Below, in pieces: positions 13,051 to 26,859 of a stretch of 64,000 nt of DNA. The notes below the pieces were generated by a model that worked only from the letters and a program-made list of their open reading frames with translations, searched no databases and was not told the origin of the DNA. The position numbers were made by a program, and so were the translations under genes. The stretch comes from Monocercomonoides exilis PA203. Lineage: Eukaryota > Protista > Preaxostyla. The stretch spans positions 682,001 to 746,000 of the forward strand of contig LSRY02000018.1 in assembly GCA_001643675.2 (NCBI GenBank), read 5' to 3'. Numbering within the stretch: the stretch's first letter is position 1; the number at the start of each line of letters is the position of its first letter.

Positions 13051-14261
13051 GATTCAATTATCAAATCATCACCTTCATCACCTTTGCCTTCTTATTCTTA
13101 TTTTTCTTCTTCTTCTACAACTACTTCTACTTCTATTTCTTCTTCTACTACTACTGCTGCTGCTGCTTCTTCGCTTTCTTCAACTTCTTCTACGTCTTGT
13201 CCTTTCCCACAAACTGTGCCATCTTGAACTTTATCTTCTGCTTCTTCTTCAACTCCTTCAATGCCATTTTCACTTTACTGAGTTTGATCAGGCTATCTAC
13301 CATCAAATGCATTTAAGCTGTACAATCAGAATCACAAGCAAATTGAACAAAAAATAGCTTCATTCACAATTTTTCCTCTCAACGACCGTTCACCAAATAT
13401 GCCTTCTTTTCATTCACGATTCTCGTGATGAAAAAAGGTAATTTGAACGAATTGATTTCATTTCGTTTCTTCTTCTTCTTCAACTCCTTCTTCAATGAAA
13501 ATCAAAAATTATGTTGATTTTTATATTTCGTTCAACTCCCTTCGAATTCAGCGCTAGGCCTCATCTTCGTTATCAATTTGGATACACAAAAAGATATATC
13601 TATTTTTTACTCAGAACATCAGCTGAAGTTATATGATAATAGAAGAGACACTTAATTTAACACGAAAAGCCGATCCGAAGGAGCGAAATCAAAAAAGGAG
13701 GATGATTTCTCCGTTCTTATTTGAATGCTGAAAGGGACACAGATGAAAAGGAAAGTCCAACGAGGCGATTTTTGTTTGGAATGAATGGGTTCCAAAATGG
13801 CCTTTGGCAGATTTCACAACGTCACGCACCTTCAACATATCGCAGAAGATGAAACAAAGAGAGAAAGCAGTTGTTTCAGGAAAATCAATTATCGAAGGAT
13901 AATTCTATGAAATAAGTGCGTCTGCAGCGCTCAAAAAAGGAGAAATGGGAATGGCAAAAGAAATTGAAAGTTTTGAAGAGATTGTTGCTATGCTTGAAGA
14001 AATGCTATTTAAAGAAAAGAATAATTGAAAACATTCATTTAAGCAACGAGTTTTATTTGAATTTGATGAAGAAGAAAAATTAGATGAGGAGATTTCAAAG
14101 AAATATTTCTATATGAGCTGATTTTCGGCTCTATGAAAGAAAAGTGATGATATGTCCTTCAGTTAAAAGGAAGATGATAGGTATAGGATATTTCTCTGAT
14201 GTGGAAAATGACCGATTTAGAAAATGAAAGAATTAATTTGAGAATCAGATAAAGTCCATTA

Positions 14262-15400
14262 TTTCCAGTTTTTTTTGTATCAACTGCGCTAAAAGTGAGC
14301 GTATGAGAAGAAACAAATGTTGAGGTGAGGAGGGTGAGGGAGGCGTCTTGGAGGAGGGAAATGAAACCGTTGAAGACAGGCTCCACCGTGATTCATGTGG
14401 TCTGTTGGGGTCTGCCACAGGCATCAGAATTAATTTCACCATTTGCAACGATTTTGTACTGTGCGATGAGGGGGAGCCAGCCATTGAAAGTTTCATTGTC
14501 AGCTTGTCCATTATTATACACTCTTTTAGTTGGGGCTGTTGAACCGCATTGCTGGAAAGGAGATTGAGTGATGCTGCTTCCATTGAAGAACACATCATTC
14601 CATCTGCCATTTGTTGCAGTGTTGCCATCGAAGAAACAGAATGTGATGAATTTTACTCTATTCATCCAGGAATATGTGTCTCTGAAAAACATTGCAGCAC
14701 CTCCCCATGATGTTGATGAACTTGTTAATTTGTTGTTTATGAACTGGCAATCATCAACCAAAAATTGATTTGGTTTGTTATTCGGAGGCCAATGATATGT
14801 GAGAGAACCAGTTGAATCGCCACCAGAGTTTGCGATGCACTTGCATTTTGTGAACAGGAATTGGCCGTTTGAAGAAAAATCACCAATATAGAAATACAAA
14901 CCAGCTCCACACCAATCAGTTATTGAACAACTTTCCACTCTGTTTTCTGAGAATGAATAAACAGAATTTGTTTGAGGATACCATATTGCAGCAGCTCCTC
15001 CATGAGCAGCTGAGCAGCTTGTGAAATTGGATTTTGTGATATCTATGTTTAGCAAATATGAACATAATAACGCTCCACCATTATCACCACTTGAACGATT
15101 GAAAATAAAACATGATGTGATTTCGAGATTAGCATTTGTGCATTCAACATGAAGCGCTCCTCCCCAATCACTTCCTCCATTTGAATCATTCCATTCGCAC
15201 CACTCGAAGCGATGACTGTTTGCATCGAATAAAGCCTGTTATCCAATTTCTTCACAACCAGTTTCAATTCCAACATGCTAAACAGGACATTTGGTGAAAA
15301 GCTTGCTTGGAATACGAAGTTGTTTGTTCCAAAAAGGAGATCGAATCGAATAAGAGGTGCGGAGACTGGAATGGATGGGAAGAAAAGATGAAAAAGAGAA
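14262..15400 (-). pseudogene. GGA-motif, Cys/Ser/Asn-rich beta-helix-like (Pmp/pectin-lyase-like) surface protein pseudogene, truncated
   Basis: Repeated WGGALHV / NGGALL / HGGAAAI / WGGAAMF and F..C motifs. In-frame stops before and after the 220-aa ORF. Confidence 0.7.
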
Positions 15401-15998
15401 ATCTTTGAAGAAAAATAGACTGAAAAAGTGAATCTTCAAAAAAATATAACAAATATGCAAACAGAAGAGATATTCAAAAATAATCAATTGAACAATAAAA
15501 TGTTAGGGAATGACATCGCAGAGGAATAAAAAATTCGATTGAAAAATGGAAAATCAGAGTATTTTTTAAAAAGTTCAAACTGAAGAAACACGATATACAA
15601 CAATGGACATATAATAATAAACATGATGTCACATCATGAACATTATTGCGCAAAATAGGTGTGGGATCTCTGACTTAAGAGCAATTTATTCAAAATTCTA
15701 AAATGAAATCATTTTATGGGAAATTGAGGATAAATTAAACAATTAAATCTTTTGAAAACAATTCTTTAAATAAATTTTTTTGTTATTGAAATTGTACACT
15801 TAAAAAAAAATTAGATTTCTTGTCAAAAAAAAAAAAAAAGACGTAGAAAAACATCACTGATAGACGTGAAGACAAAAATTTCGTCACGTCACACAGGTTA
15901 AATGAAATGATTGAAGAAAAAGTTTGGAACAAATCTCAGTTTTTTTCAAAACTGATAAAATTTTGCCCTATTTCGTTTTAATAATCATTAAACAGCAT

Positions 15999-16046
15999 GG
16001 GATGATCAACATAAAAATGTTCTAATCTCTTTTTTGGGACAAACTG
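15999..16046. mobile_element. Solo TIR related to the Tc1/IS630 element at 7520-9920 (mirror at ~56569-56616)
   Basis: GGGATGATCAACAT...TTTTTTGGGACAAACTG|TA resembles GGGATGATCTACAT...TTTTTTGGACAGACTG|TA. No partner end found. Confidence 0.6.
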
Positions 16047-16375
16047 TACACACTGTACTTATTTACAAATGCTATTTTACAGTTAATGTCGTTTCGTTAA
16101 TCTCTAATTTTCTATTTGGATATTTTCATCCCAAGAGAACCATCCGATCAGAATCTCCGCTGCCTCAAAGGAGAAATAACAAAGCACATTTTTTTTTCCA
16201 TTATTGATTATCGGAAATGTATAGGAATTTACAGATAGTTTGAACACTGACGTTTTATTGATTTCCTTGAATTATTCTTTTCCTCATTTTTTACTCTCGA
16301 TGCGTTTTGATTTGTATTTAAACGATAAAGTCTGTAGCAATTATTCATCAACTTTTATATTTGGAAAAGCAGAAG

Positions 16376-17783
16376 ATGTACCGCGCAAATCAGTTCATCA
16401 GTTTGCAAGCATTGCCATACATTAAATCTGATTAATGTGATTCTTTTCTTTCTTTTTCAGAAGCATTTTGTGAACTAAGTTATTTAAATGGAGTTGAACA
16501 AAAGCAAAAGATTGAAGAAATGAATGAATTGATGGACAACATGACGATGAAAGAATTTTCATCTATTCTTAAAATTGAAAATTTGGACAGAATAATCGAA
16601 CTGATTGATTTAAATACACTGCCGATGGAAAATGCATTCTTGTTGTTGAAAAACATGGGATACTGGAAAGTGTCAACAGAAACGTGGATTTACGATTTAA
16701 GTGTTTCCATACTTTTCAAAAGATTTGAGAGAATGATTGCTAAAGAAGGGAAGAAAAAGGAAGGAAAGAATGAAAAGCTACTGATTGGTCTTTGCCAATG
16801 CTATATTTTGCTGATTAAGGATGCCTCAAATGAATTAATACCAATTATCGTCCCATGCCTTCTGAATGCCGCCTTAAAGAAAGAGGAAAGTGATGAGGCA
16901 CAAAAGGAGGAGGAAATTACGTTACTGGCTCTAGGTAACTTTAGTAGGTTGGTGGTATGTATATTTCTGAATCATTTCTGATATTTTTTTTGATATTTCT
17001 TTCTCCTTTTACAATTAGAAAATAGAAAAAGAGCTGTATTTGAATGAAATCAAAGAAATCATCAAAAATCATCAAAAGCATCACAATCTGACGCGGCTCG
17101 CCTATCAATCTGCTTGGGAGTTTTTGATAGGCAGATTACCAGATAACAGTTTGGAAGATGTTATTGCGAATGAGCTTCATTTTGCGAGAGAAGCGGCAAG
17201 AGAGCTGGAAGAGTCATCGAGTTGCATGGATTGGAAGAATGAAGATGCATTTGAAGAAAAGAGAATTTCGGAATCGAAAAAAGAATATCACACATTAAAA
17301 TGGCTCAGTGCAATAGACCATTTTTTTTCTTTTTGCGAATTATGGAATGAAGAACTTAGCATTCTTATCGGCAGAGTTTCAAGGATATTTCGGGTGACAA
17401 AGGATAATGGCCATCACTTTAGCGAACATGCAATTCAGTGCTTATACAGTGCGATAGAAAACAGTGCCGTGGGGGTTATTGACTTTTTTAAAAACGGATC
17501 AGTTGATATCATTTTAGAGGAAATGGTTCGATTAGATACAATAACCAAATCAATTGCATTCAGTGTCTATTTTATGAAAGATATTTGCCATGCATTGGAG
17601 TTAAAGATGGAAGAAAAGGAAGAGGAGACAAAACGAAAAATAATGAAAAGAAAGATTTTTGAAAAGATGGAGGAAGAAGGATACGAAAATTTTATCATTG
17701 GGTTATTCCGTTTCACAGTTAAAGAAGATTTATACTCTTATGTTTTGATTGTAAATATCAACGATTTTTTTATTAATTGCTGA
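16376..17783 (+). CDS. Family A member, 3 exons (16376-16400, 16461-16954, 17019-17783)
   Basis: GT-AG introns restore a continuous frame with the same family motifs (HHNLTRLAYQSAW, NELHFAREA, FEKMEEEGYE). Confidence 0.8.
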
Positions 17784-18538
17784 TTTAAGTGCTTCTTGTT
17801 TCACTTCATTTGTGTTTGAACAAGTGCTTTCCACTTTCTTTTCAACGAAAAGAACATATGGCTTTCATATTCGTTGTACAGTTTTGCTTTTCATTCATTA
17901 CATTATCATCATTATCATTATTATTATAATTTAATTGATTAATTAATTGATTGGAAATCTGAATAATTTGGTACAGTTTCATTTTTTTTTTCATTTTTCA
18001 TATCTGTTTTCGCTTCACATTTTGATTCTCCTTAAACAATTGTAAATAAAATGCTTCTGTCTATTGTTGAATCACGATATTGCTAATTGAAGAATTTTGT
18101 GGCAGGCAATTAATCTCTGGAATAGACTACTCTATCATCCATTTCTCATTCTTTAGCCTTTCACACCAAAGCAGTTTCTTTTCTGCTTCAGTGACATCAG
18201 GTTCTTTGAAAACGAAATGATTGAGGAAAAACATTTTTGAAACAAAATTTCAAAGAAGAGGATGTTTGAGATACTGCTCAAATGGGAAAGAATTCATTTT
18301 ATTATTGTTTGTGAAAGCAACAATTCATTTGAGAAAGATTTGTTATAAAAAAGGAAAAATTGCAATATATCATTTTTGTTTTTTGTTTTTAAAATGATTT
18401 ATTACATTTTGAGGTTATAATTTGAGGATTTTTAAATAAACTTTAAAAAGCCCCCACCTTCATTTTTTTTTTTTTTTTTGCCATTTTGTGAAATGATGAA
18501 AAAAGAAAAATAAAAAGAGTAACGAAATATGAAACATT

Positions 18539-20009
18539 TCAGTTGGTTAGATATTTAAAAAATAATCAGAAATATTCAATGATAATGCATTTAAATATTT
18601 TCTATCAAGAAAATCCATTTTTTATGAAAGCTTGCGATGGCATCGTATCCATTTTCTTTCATCTTTTCCAACAACCCCATATTGGCTGCCTTTCTTTTCG
18701 CTTCTCTCTTTTCGAATATTTTCTTTCCTTTCGTTTTTTCTGAAATATTCATAAAAAGGCACCAAGCTTTGGCTTGCCAATTTGCCATTCAACGTTGGCT
18801 GCTGTACCTCCTTAAAAACAGCATTAACTGCTTCTTTGCTCGGCAACTCATCAACTGTGACAACTTCTCTTTCAGCAGCATTTCGAAAGGAACAAATGCA
18901 CAAATTGCTAATTTCACTTTTGTTTTCTCTTGCTGCTCGAAATACCTGTGCAATGCTTCTGACAAATCCAGCAAGTTCTTCATTCCACAACCGAAAGTAT
19001 TCAAAAAAATTAGCCAATGTTTGGATCCATCTCAATAAAATAAATTCTTCTTTTTTCTTTTCCAAACCACACATTTCCACAGCTCTTCTAATTCTCTTGC
19101 TTCTCTCGCAAAATGCAGCTCATTCACAATTGCATCTTCCAAACTTTCATCTCTTGCATGATGCAGCCCATAGACAATGATTCCTTTCAAGATTTTATCG
19201 ATAAAAAATCTGTTAATCAAAAATTTCCAAGCAGACTGATACGCAAGACGAGTCAGATTGTGATGTTCCTGATGATATTTGATAATCTCTTTGATTTTAT
19301 CCTGGAAAAGTTCTCTTTCAACACTCAATTCAAAAATTTTTAAAATGAAAATAAATGAAATTAAAAATTATTCTATAAACAAACAAGCAAAATGGGCATA
19401 CAACCAGCTTCCCAATGTTTCTCAAAGTCAGAAAAGCCATTTCCACTTCTTTTTGAGTTTCTTCGTTTTCTTCCTTGTTCAATGCAACCTTCAGAAGGAG
19501 AAGCACACAAATCGATAATAATTCAGGTGGAAACAGGCTGCTAAGCAAAAGATAGCACTCGCAAAGATCAACAAAAAGCTTTTCATTTTTCCCTTCTTTC
19601 TTCTTATCTTCGTCAATTATCATCTTTTCAACTCTTTTTTTCAATTTAGAATAAAAAAATCCACTACTCCATATATTCTTCGATGCTTTGAAACATCCAG
19701 CACGCTTCAACAGACAAGTGCGTTATCCATTGATATTTTCTTTTCTTCAATCATTTTGGATATTTTGTTGGCAGCTCTACCGTGAAAACGGACTTGATTT
19801 CTTCTTGCCAATCTCTTCTACTTGTTCCTTCATTTCTTTTATTTTAATTTTTTATTTTTGTTTTTCCTCATCGCAATCTTTCAGTTCTTCAAACAATTCT
19901 TCAATAAAAAATAAAAAAAGGAAATCCAATTGACATGAAATCAAGTACAACAATGATGCAAACCAGTAAATCTTTCAGTTACGTTAATTTTCTTCATTTT
20001 TGAAAACAT
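18539..20009 (-). pseudogene. Family A pseudogene
   Basis: Family motifs spread over several frames, with stops and frameshifts. Confidence 0.8.
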
Positions 20010-21522
20010 AGCTTTCAGAAAACAACACTATTTTAATCATTCACATTGAAAGCGTTTTCGATTGGATTGAAGATATAGATGAAAAATAAAAATTCAAAAA
20101 GACCATAGAAATATACTCATTTATACTATATATGTATATATATATATTATATATTAACATTTTTGATTTGTAATTACAAAGATAAAGAACGCTTTGTTTT
20201 TTCTGTTTGTTATAATGGATGTAATGATCGAATCATTTTATTTGACTGGAATATCCGTCCACGAAATGAGAGAACGGTGAGCGAACATTCCCTGTAGAAT
20301 TAGAAATATCCTTTTCTGTGATATCAGCTAGTATGATGGCAATGCATCGACTTTGGATTTCTATCTGAAAATATTTGGAAATTTGCTAACCCAAGAAAAA
20401 CAGCAATTTTATTAATAACACAAAAGATGTAATGCATGTAATTTTTATTGTTCTATTTATTTCGAAGATGATTCTATTTTTGACCTTTCCAAAGTCTAGG
20501 AATATGAGTTATTGTTGAAATGGCCAGTCCCCGCTTTGGAGAGCTATACTATGAGAATGGAGCAGATTATTATATGGCAATTAAGAAATAAATGAAGTTA
20601 CGCAAGATGTATGATTTTCATAATTTTTATTTGGTGCAAGAGATGAAAACATATCCAACTGTTATTTTATTGAATGAAGACAAAAGATGATCTAGTTCAA
20701 TGAGAAAATAATATCTGCACAAAATTATATAGAATTTAGGAACATATGGCAGAAGAGCGGTTTTTTGGCAAGGAAAGTGGCTGGCAAAATGGAAAGCAGG
20801 ATAAAAAATTACGAAAAAGGAAAGAATTCAACGAAAAAAAGGATAATACCAAAATGTTGATATAATTTCAAAAGTTTTTCTGTTTCTCTGACTGCGCCAG
20901 ACAGATATGGAAAGCGAAGAAATTCTATCTTTGATTTCGCTTTCGAACCAAGAGAATGGAGAAACGCCATCGAAGATACATCCTATAATCGAATATTTAT
21001 CGGCAATCAAAGGGCATTCAGGTCAGCCGCATCTTGATTTCATTCTTCGAAGAGACAGCCATTTTGAGTGAGCAAGGTGATTATTGTTCGAGGTTAATTT
21101 TCTTTATCACCACGGCAGATGAAAGAGAATTTGATGGTTTTTGTTTTCATCGTTTGTTTTTCAACAAAGCCGTTGTTTCGCTCAGTTTCTATGTTTGTTC
21201 ATGGTCCTTTGAATTTTGCGCCTTTGAGCATCAGAGGATGCATAACGGGCAATTTGTTATTTTCTGAATGAGCATCGATGAATGAATGCCAACTTTTCCA
21301 TCATTTTTCCTCCTCGTTGTTGAAATGCAACAAACTCATTTTATTCGTTTTCATCAGGGATCATCCTCACATTCTGCAACTTAGTTGACTTTTTATGTTT
21401 TTTAATCATACATGTCTAAGAGTCATGCACTTCAAACGCAGATATTAAAATTCTTGTTTTTTTCTTCCGGTCCATTTCGTTTGCTTCAATCATCCAATCA
21501 TCATCTTCATTATTTTTACAAT

Positions 21523-21624
21523 CTCCTCTTCCTCTTCCTTCTCCTCTTCCTTCTCCTCTTCCTTCTCCTCTTCCTTCTCCTCTTCCTTCTCCTCTTCCTT
21601 CTCCTCTTCCTTCTCCTCTTCCTT
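21523..21624 (+). repeat. 12-bp tandem repeat (CTCCTCTTCCTT)n; mirror at ~51009-51098 is one unit shorter
   Basis: Seen directly. Overlapping ORFs differ by 4 aa (150 vs 146). Confidence 0.9.
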
Positions 21625-21918
21625 CTTCTTTCTCTCGCCTTTCCTTTATTTTCAATTATTTTCGTTCCATTTTCGTCTGGTTGCATGGATTTGTTGTCTT
21701 TGCCTTTGCCTTTTCCTATTCCCATCCTCCACAACATTTTCCTCACTCTCTCTCCCAAGGCATTCACACACAATCCTCTTCAGTTCTATTGGCTGTTTCA
21801 ATTCAGAGCCGCTTGCATCGATTCTGCGGGAAACAATCTGTTTGGAAGTGGAAGGAATATTTGAGGGGGAAGGTGGCTTATGTGCCTCAGGTGCTAAAGT
21901 TAGAAAAAATAAAATGTG

Positions 21919-21951
<33 letters not shown>

Positions 21952-22092
21952 TTTGTTTGTTTGTTTGTTTGTTATTTAAAATGGCCTGTTGAGTTATTTC
22001 ATGGGGGAAAAAAGAAAGAAATACAAGTATCACAAAATTTAAAAAAAATTTTTTTGGTGATAGCACATAATTTTTTTTTGTTGTCATTTCAA

Positions 22093-23207
22093 ATGTCCAA
22101 AACTGTAAGAAGCCAGGAAAGAAGGTTCAGCACGAATAATGAAAGGATGCATTTCATTTCATCTTCGTCAAAATTTCCCATCGTCAAAAAATTGCATGCA
22201 TCAAAACTTAAGGGAAAAGTGCCGTCCAATGAAAAAACTACGATTTTTTCAAGTGCTACACCTGATACTTCAAAAAATTGGATGGAGGCGAAATCGAAAC
22301 ATTTGATTGACATTACAAGCACCGTCGATCAAAAGCACAATGAGAAACTTTATGAAAGAGGAAGCGAGAAACCAAATATCTCCAATTTGGCAGTTTTTCA
22401 TTTGAAACAAAAAAGCCTTCTTGAAAAGATGCATTACACTAAGGAAAAATGCAATGACTTGCTGCGAGACATGACGATCGCGACACACGAAGACGATTTA
22501 TCCGATTTTCATGATATAAGTGAAGATTTTGACATGACAAATACAGAAAAGGTGAAAACTGACGAAGGGTCAAATGAACTTACATGGATGCCCCACGCAA
22601 ATGATGCTCTCGAAGAAGAGAGGCATGTGAGGAAAGCACCCAAAGTTTTTCGAAAGAAAATTTTTCCTGAAGCTATTGCTTCGAGCAAAACTGGACTTGA
22701 AAAACTCGTGAATTCAATTTCATCTGCGAATCTAACTTGCACAGAAGGAGGAGAGGTATCTCAGATTTATATTAAAGTTTATTTTATTTTATTTTATTCA
22801 TTTTTTACATACTTATTTAAAAATCATTCTCATTTCTTAATTAGTTAAAATATGTCACTGATCTTCTTAACCAATATTACTTGTGGGGTCAATCTGTTGC
22901 ACCTTCTTTTTCCTTTGCAACATTTCTGAGTAAACTTGAAGCTTTGCATTCCAACGAACTAATTAGGGTGTGTCATCAATCAGTTTCATACTTCAATTTT
23001 TCATAATTTATAACTTAAAATTATTTTCTTTTGTATTTGATGAATAAAACACGAGCACAGACTTCCCTCTCTAATCTTTCTAGTCGGCTCCTTGCAGTTT
23101 CACGGAGACGCACTTCTTTGAGTAATTTTCCGATTGGTGAAGAACTTATTGAGCAAGAGCCGGAGATTGATGATGGCGAGGCGTTTATTGAGAAAGAAGA
23201 AAGTTAA
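22093..23207 (+). CDS. TIPIN: TIPIN/Csm3/Swi3-like replication fork protection protein; 3 exons (22093-22755, 22845-22967, 23061-23207), 310 aa
   Basis: Two phase-0 GT-AG introns give an open frame. RKKIFPEAIASSKTGLEKLVNSISSANLTCTEGGE|LKYVTDLLNQYYLWGQSVAPSFSFATFLSKLEALHSNELIR|TSLSNL follows the Swi3-domain pattern (GL..L; E...L..LL..Y..W....P...F..F...E.L). Recognised by eye, not by HMM. Confidence 0.75.
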
Positions 23208-23707
23208 TGAAGTGCTTTTTTCATCTCAATATTATTATTTCTATTACTATTATTTTGAATAAAGCTAATATTTCATGAACATATGATATTTATTTTATAA
23301 AATTTTCATTTCATTCAAAACATTCAAATTGTTTTTGAGTTTTTGAAAAAATAATCATCTTTTTCGAAATTCAACAATTTTTAACGAAGTCTTGTTTTAA
23401 ACAAATTATAAAATTCAGGGCAAAGGAATGAATGCATATTTCACCATCCCCAAGTTGAGCCATTTCAATGACAAACAGAATTGAATGAAATAAAACAAAG
23501 TTGAATCAAAAAGCAAGCACTGCTTCGCTCTGAACAATTTGGATCACAAACGCTAATATATGCAAAAGTTCTTTCAACAAAATTTTCCATTTTAAATGAA
23601 TTCTTTTCTTTTCCTGTTGTGTTGCTAATCCATTCAGAACAATTTTTCATGAAAGAATAAGAAAATGCAATAAAAACTTCGAATTATAAATATTTTTTCA
23701 GTCAGGT

Positions 23708-25735
23708 TTGAAATTCATCAATATCACGAGGATTGCTTTCCATAAGAACGCAACGCTGGCTTTTTCTGTTTCATCATTCTTTCATTCAGCTCACAATCCC
23801 ATTGAATGCGCCATCTTCTCTTCCTTCAAGATATCTTTCATCCACCAAACATGCTCTTTGCTAAATGTTGTTAAACTATATGTCGGAACTGAATCTCACG
23901 AAAAACACCTAGAAGAATGACTTCGCTTGATGCAAAAAGCCATCACTTTGAGTGATGCGAACAAGAAAAATACAAATGGTGGATCAAATCATAGAGGTGC
24001 GCTTCATGTTGAATGCAAAAATGCAAATCTCACAATCACTTCGTGCTCATTCAACAATTGTTCAAATGCCAATGATGGAGTGTCGTAATTGGTTCAAATT
24101 TTGTGAAATGTGTTCATTGCAAAATCCAATATCACAAGTTGCTCTGAGTTTCATGGAAGAACGAATTGCACAGCTTGGCCCTAATCCACTTCTGATTGGT
24201 TATTCTCGGAAAACAAAGTTGAAAATTGGAAAATAACAGGTGATTGTGGAACTGGTTGGCATTTCGTTCTCGACAACATGCCATTCGATTCAAAAGTTCA
24301 ATTTAAAAAATGTCAGCATATTACTAATATAGGCAGCAATGCGGCAGGGACAATAACGTTTCATTTTGCTCCACCAGAAAAATCGTTTCCATTTTTTCTT
24401 GAAAAGAATCAATTCATCAGTAAAATATTAGCAAATTCACAATATAATTGTGGTGCTGTGCTATGCCACACAACGATTTATAATTGGATAAGTGGAACAA
24501 AATTCATCTCGTTTTGTTTCTTCAATGGCAACTCTTCTGCATGTTACAGACAAAACAATATGTTATTCAGCAGAAGCACATCAAATCTCCATTCAACCGG
24601 CACATATCAATGAAATACACCAAAATGAGTGTGAAATAACAATATATCTTACAGTGAGACTTTCAACAGTTGGGTTCCCATCATCGCCCAGAGTTAACTT
24701 GTTGCCAGCAATGGAACTGATGCTGATGCCTGTGGCAGACCCCAACAAACCCCATGTGCCACCATCGAGTATGCCCTCAACGGCTTCATTTCCCTCCTCC
24801 AAGACTCCTCTCTCACCCTCCTCACCTCAACATTTGTTCCCATTCAAACACTCACTTTCAGCGCCATTGACACCAAACTCACTAGAAATGGAACAACTTC
24901 CACAGCCATAGCCTTCAGTGGTGCAACAATCAAACTCATATTTACAATCATCACAATCAACATCATCAACATCTTCTTCACCAGATCCATCTGCCTTGTC
25001 TGCCCTCTCCATCGCCCACAACTCCACAAACCCCATCACCCCCATTCTCTTCCACCTCTCCGAAAATTCCCCTTCCCTCAACCTCAACACAACCACCATC
25101 ACCGGAACAACCTCCATAACAATTAAAACTCCCCTCTTCTTCCTCACTGCTGGCTCCCTCGCCCTCAACCACACAGCAATCACCAGTCTCACCCTCAACA
25201 GCCAAAGCATCTTCCACCTCACCTCCCTCACCGCTCCACTCACCCTTAACTCATCCAACATCACCAATATCACCTCCACAGCCATCCCCGCCAGCTGCAT
25301 CCTCTCCTCTGCAACCACCCCTGCCCTCTCCCTCTCCCCCGCCAACTGCACCATGATCAACATCGACTCAGAACAGTTGAGCCAACAGACTCCCACCAAT
25401 GGCGGGTGCATCTCATTCGCCTCATCTGCCCCTGCCAACTCCTTTTCGGTAACACCACCTTTTCCACCTGCTCTGCGAGCGAGGATACAAGTTCTGGAGG
25501 AAGAGGCGGTGCTCTCATGATCGAGTACAAGGATGATTCAGAAGTGTCATCCACAACCTTTTCCATCACCAATATCGTGTTTTCAGCCAACAAGGCCAGT
25601 GTCGGAAGAGATATGTATTTTGTGTGCGAAACATTTGTCGCTTCTGTGAAGGAACCCTTGTTCGCCTTCATGGGAAACATCACTCAGAAAGACAATTCAG
25701 TTGTTGGACATGACAGAACAGAAGCAAATGGAATT
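23708..25735 (+). pseudogene. GGA-motif beta-helix-like surface protein pseudogene (paralogue of 14262-15400)
   Basis: Nucleotide similarity to the 14.3-15.4 kb gene (CGCTTCATGTTGAATGCA; GATGCCTGTGGCAGACCCCAACA). Ser/Thr-rich segment, NGGCI and RGGAL motifs, many frameshifts. Confidence 0.7.
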
Positions 25736-26859
25736 TCGATTAATAAATCTTTATCAACGGGCATGCAGCTGAATGAATGCGTGGAAAACATTCTTGGTAT
25801 CAAAGCAATGTATTTCTGGCCATCAAAGATGTCATGCAAGAGCACACAACGCGATGGGTCTTCTGAGGAAGGTGCAGATCGTAAGGCAGAAATCATTTCA
25901 TCATCTGACTTGTCGGTGAATTTACGTGCAAGTGACGACAAGGTCGAAGAAAGTTGGGGAGATGGCACACAAAATTGAAGAAAACATCTCATATGTGCAT
26001 TTGATGAAATCGGCATTGCTTGTCGGGCATTTATTCTCTTCTTTCATAGAATTTCTCTTCAAATATGTCTTTCCTCAAAAGCTCTTTCCTTCATCGGTTC
26101 ATTTTCTGCAACTTGTTGAAGATTTGTGACCTTGCGTAACCTGCCGAATGATATTTTGGAACTCATCCATTTCAATAAATCATTGTTCTAATACTCTTTC
26201 TTTTTGTCTGTGCCTCTTTCAGTTTCCTGATGAAAAGGCAAAATTGTCCTCCATTTTTATTGTACACGTTCCGATCAGCTTTTTCCAGCTCAAAATAATA
26301 TTCATTTCATTGACATATAATTTCGGTTAATATTCTGCGAATGTATGCATTAAAAATTCGTTTTACACTTCTGAATATAAACAATCCGCAAATCCTAAAA
26401 TTTTTTAAAAAAGAAGTTTCATGAGCACATAATATCAACATCATTATTATCTTCAAAATTAATTGGCCGAAAAATGAGAAGAATATAAAAAAAAAAAAAG
26501 AAAAGAAAAGAAAAAATGAATAATAAAATATATTATAATACAAAAAAATATGAGTGTGAAAGGAAATAAAATTATTAAATAGAAAAAAACAAAAGAATGA
26601 GATAAAAAAGAAGAAGAAGAAGAAGAAAAAGTGGAAGTTGAATGAGTAGAAAAAGGTGAATGAGAAGAAAAAGGTGAATGAAAAGGTGAAGAAGAAGGTG
26701 AAAAAGATGATGAAGGTGAAGAAGAAGAAGAAGGGCAAAAAAGAGAAGGAAAAGAATGATCTGTTTGACAAGAGAAGAATCCGCTATGACTGAACAGAGT
26801 TAGGCATTCCATCTCTTGTTTCTGAAAGAGAATTATCTGCGTTGTCCTGTCTAGCCAAT

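Noticed and set aside
21523-21624. Regular repeats as a possible CRISPR-like array
   Set aside because: Head-to-tail 12-mers with no spacers, in a eukaryotic context with no cas genes.
24827-25438. 203-aa Val/Leu/Arg-rich minus-strand ORF
   Set aside because: Antisense shadow of the C-rich Ser/Thr coding segment on the plus strand.
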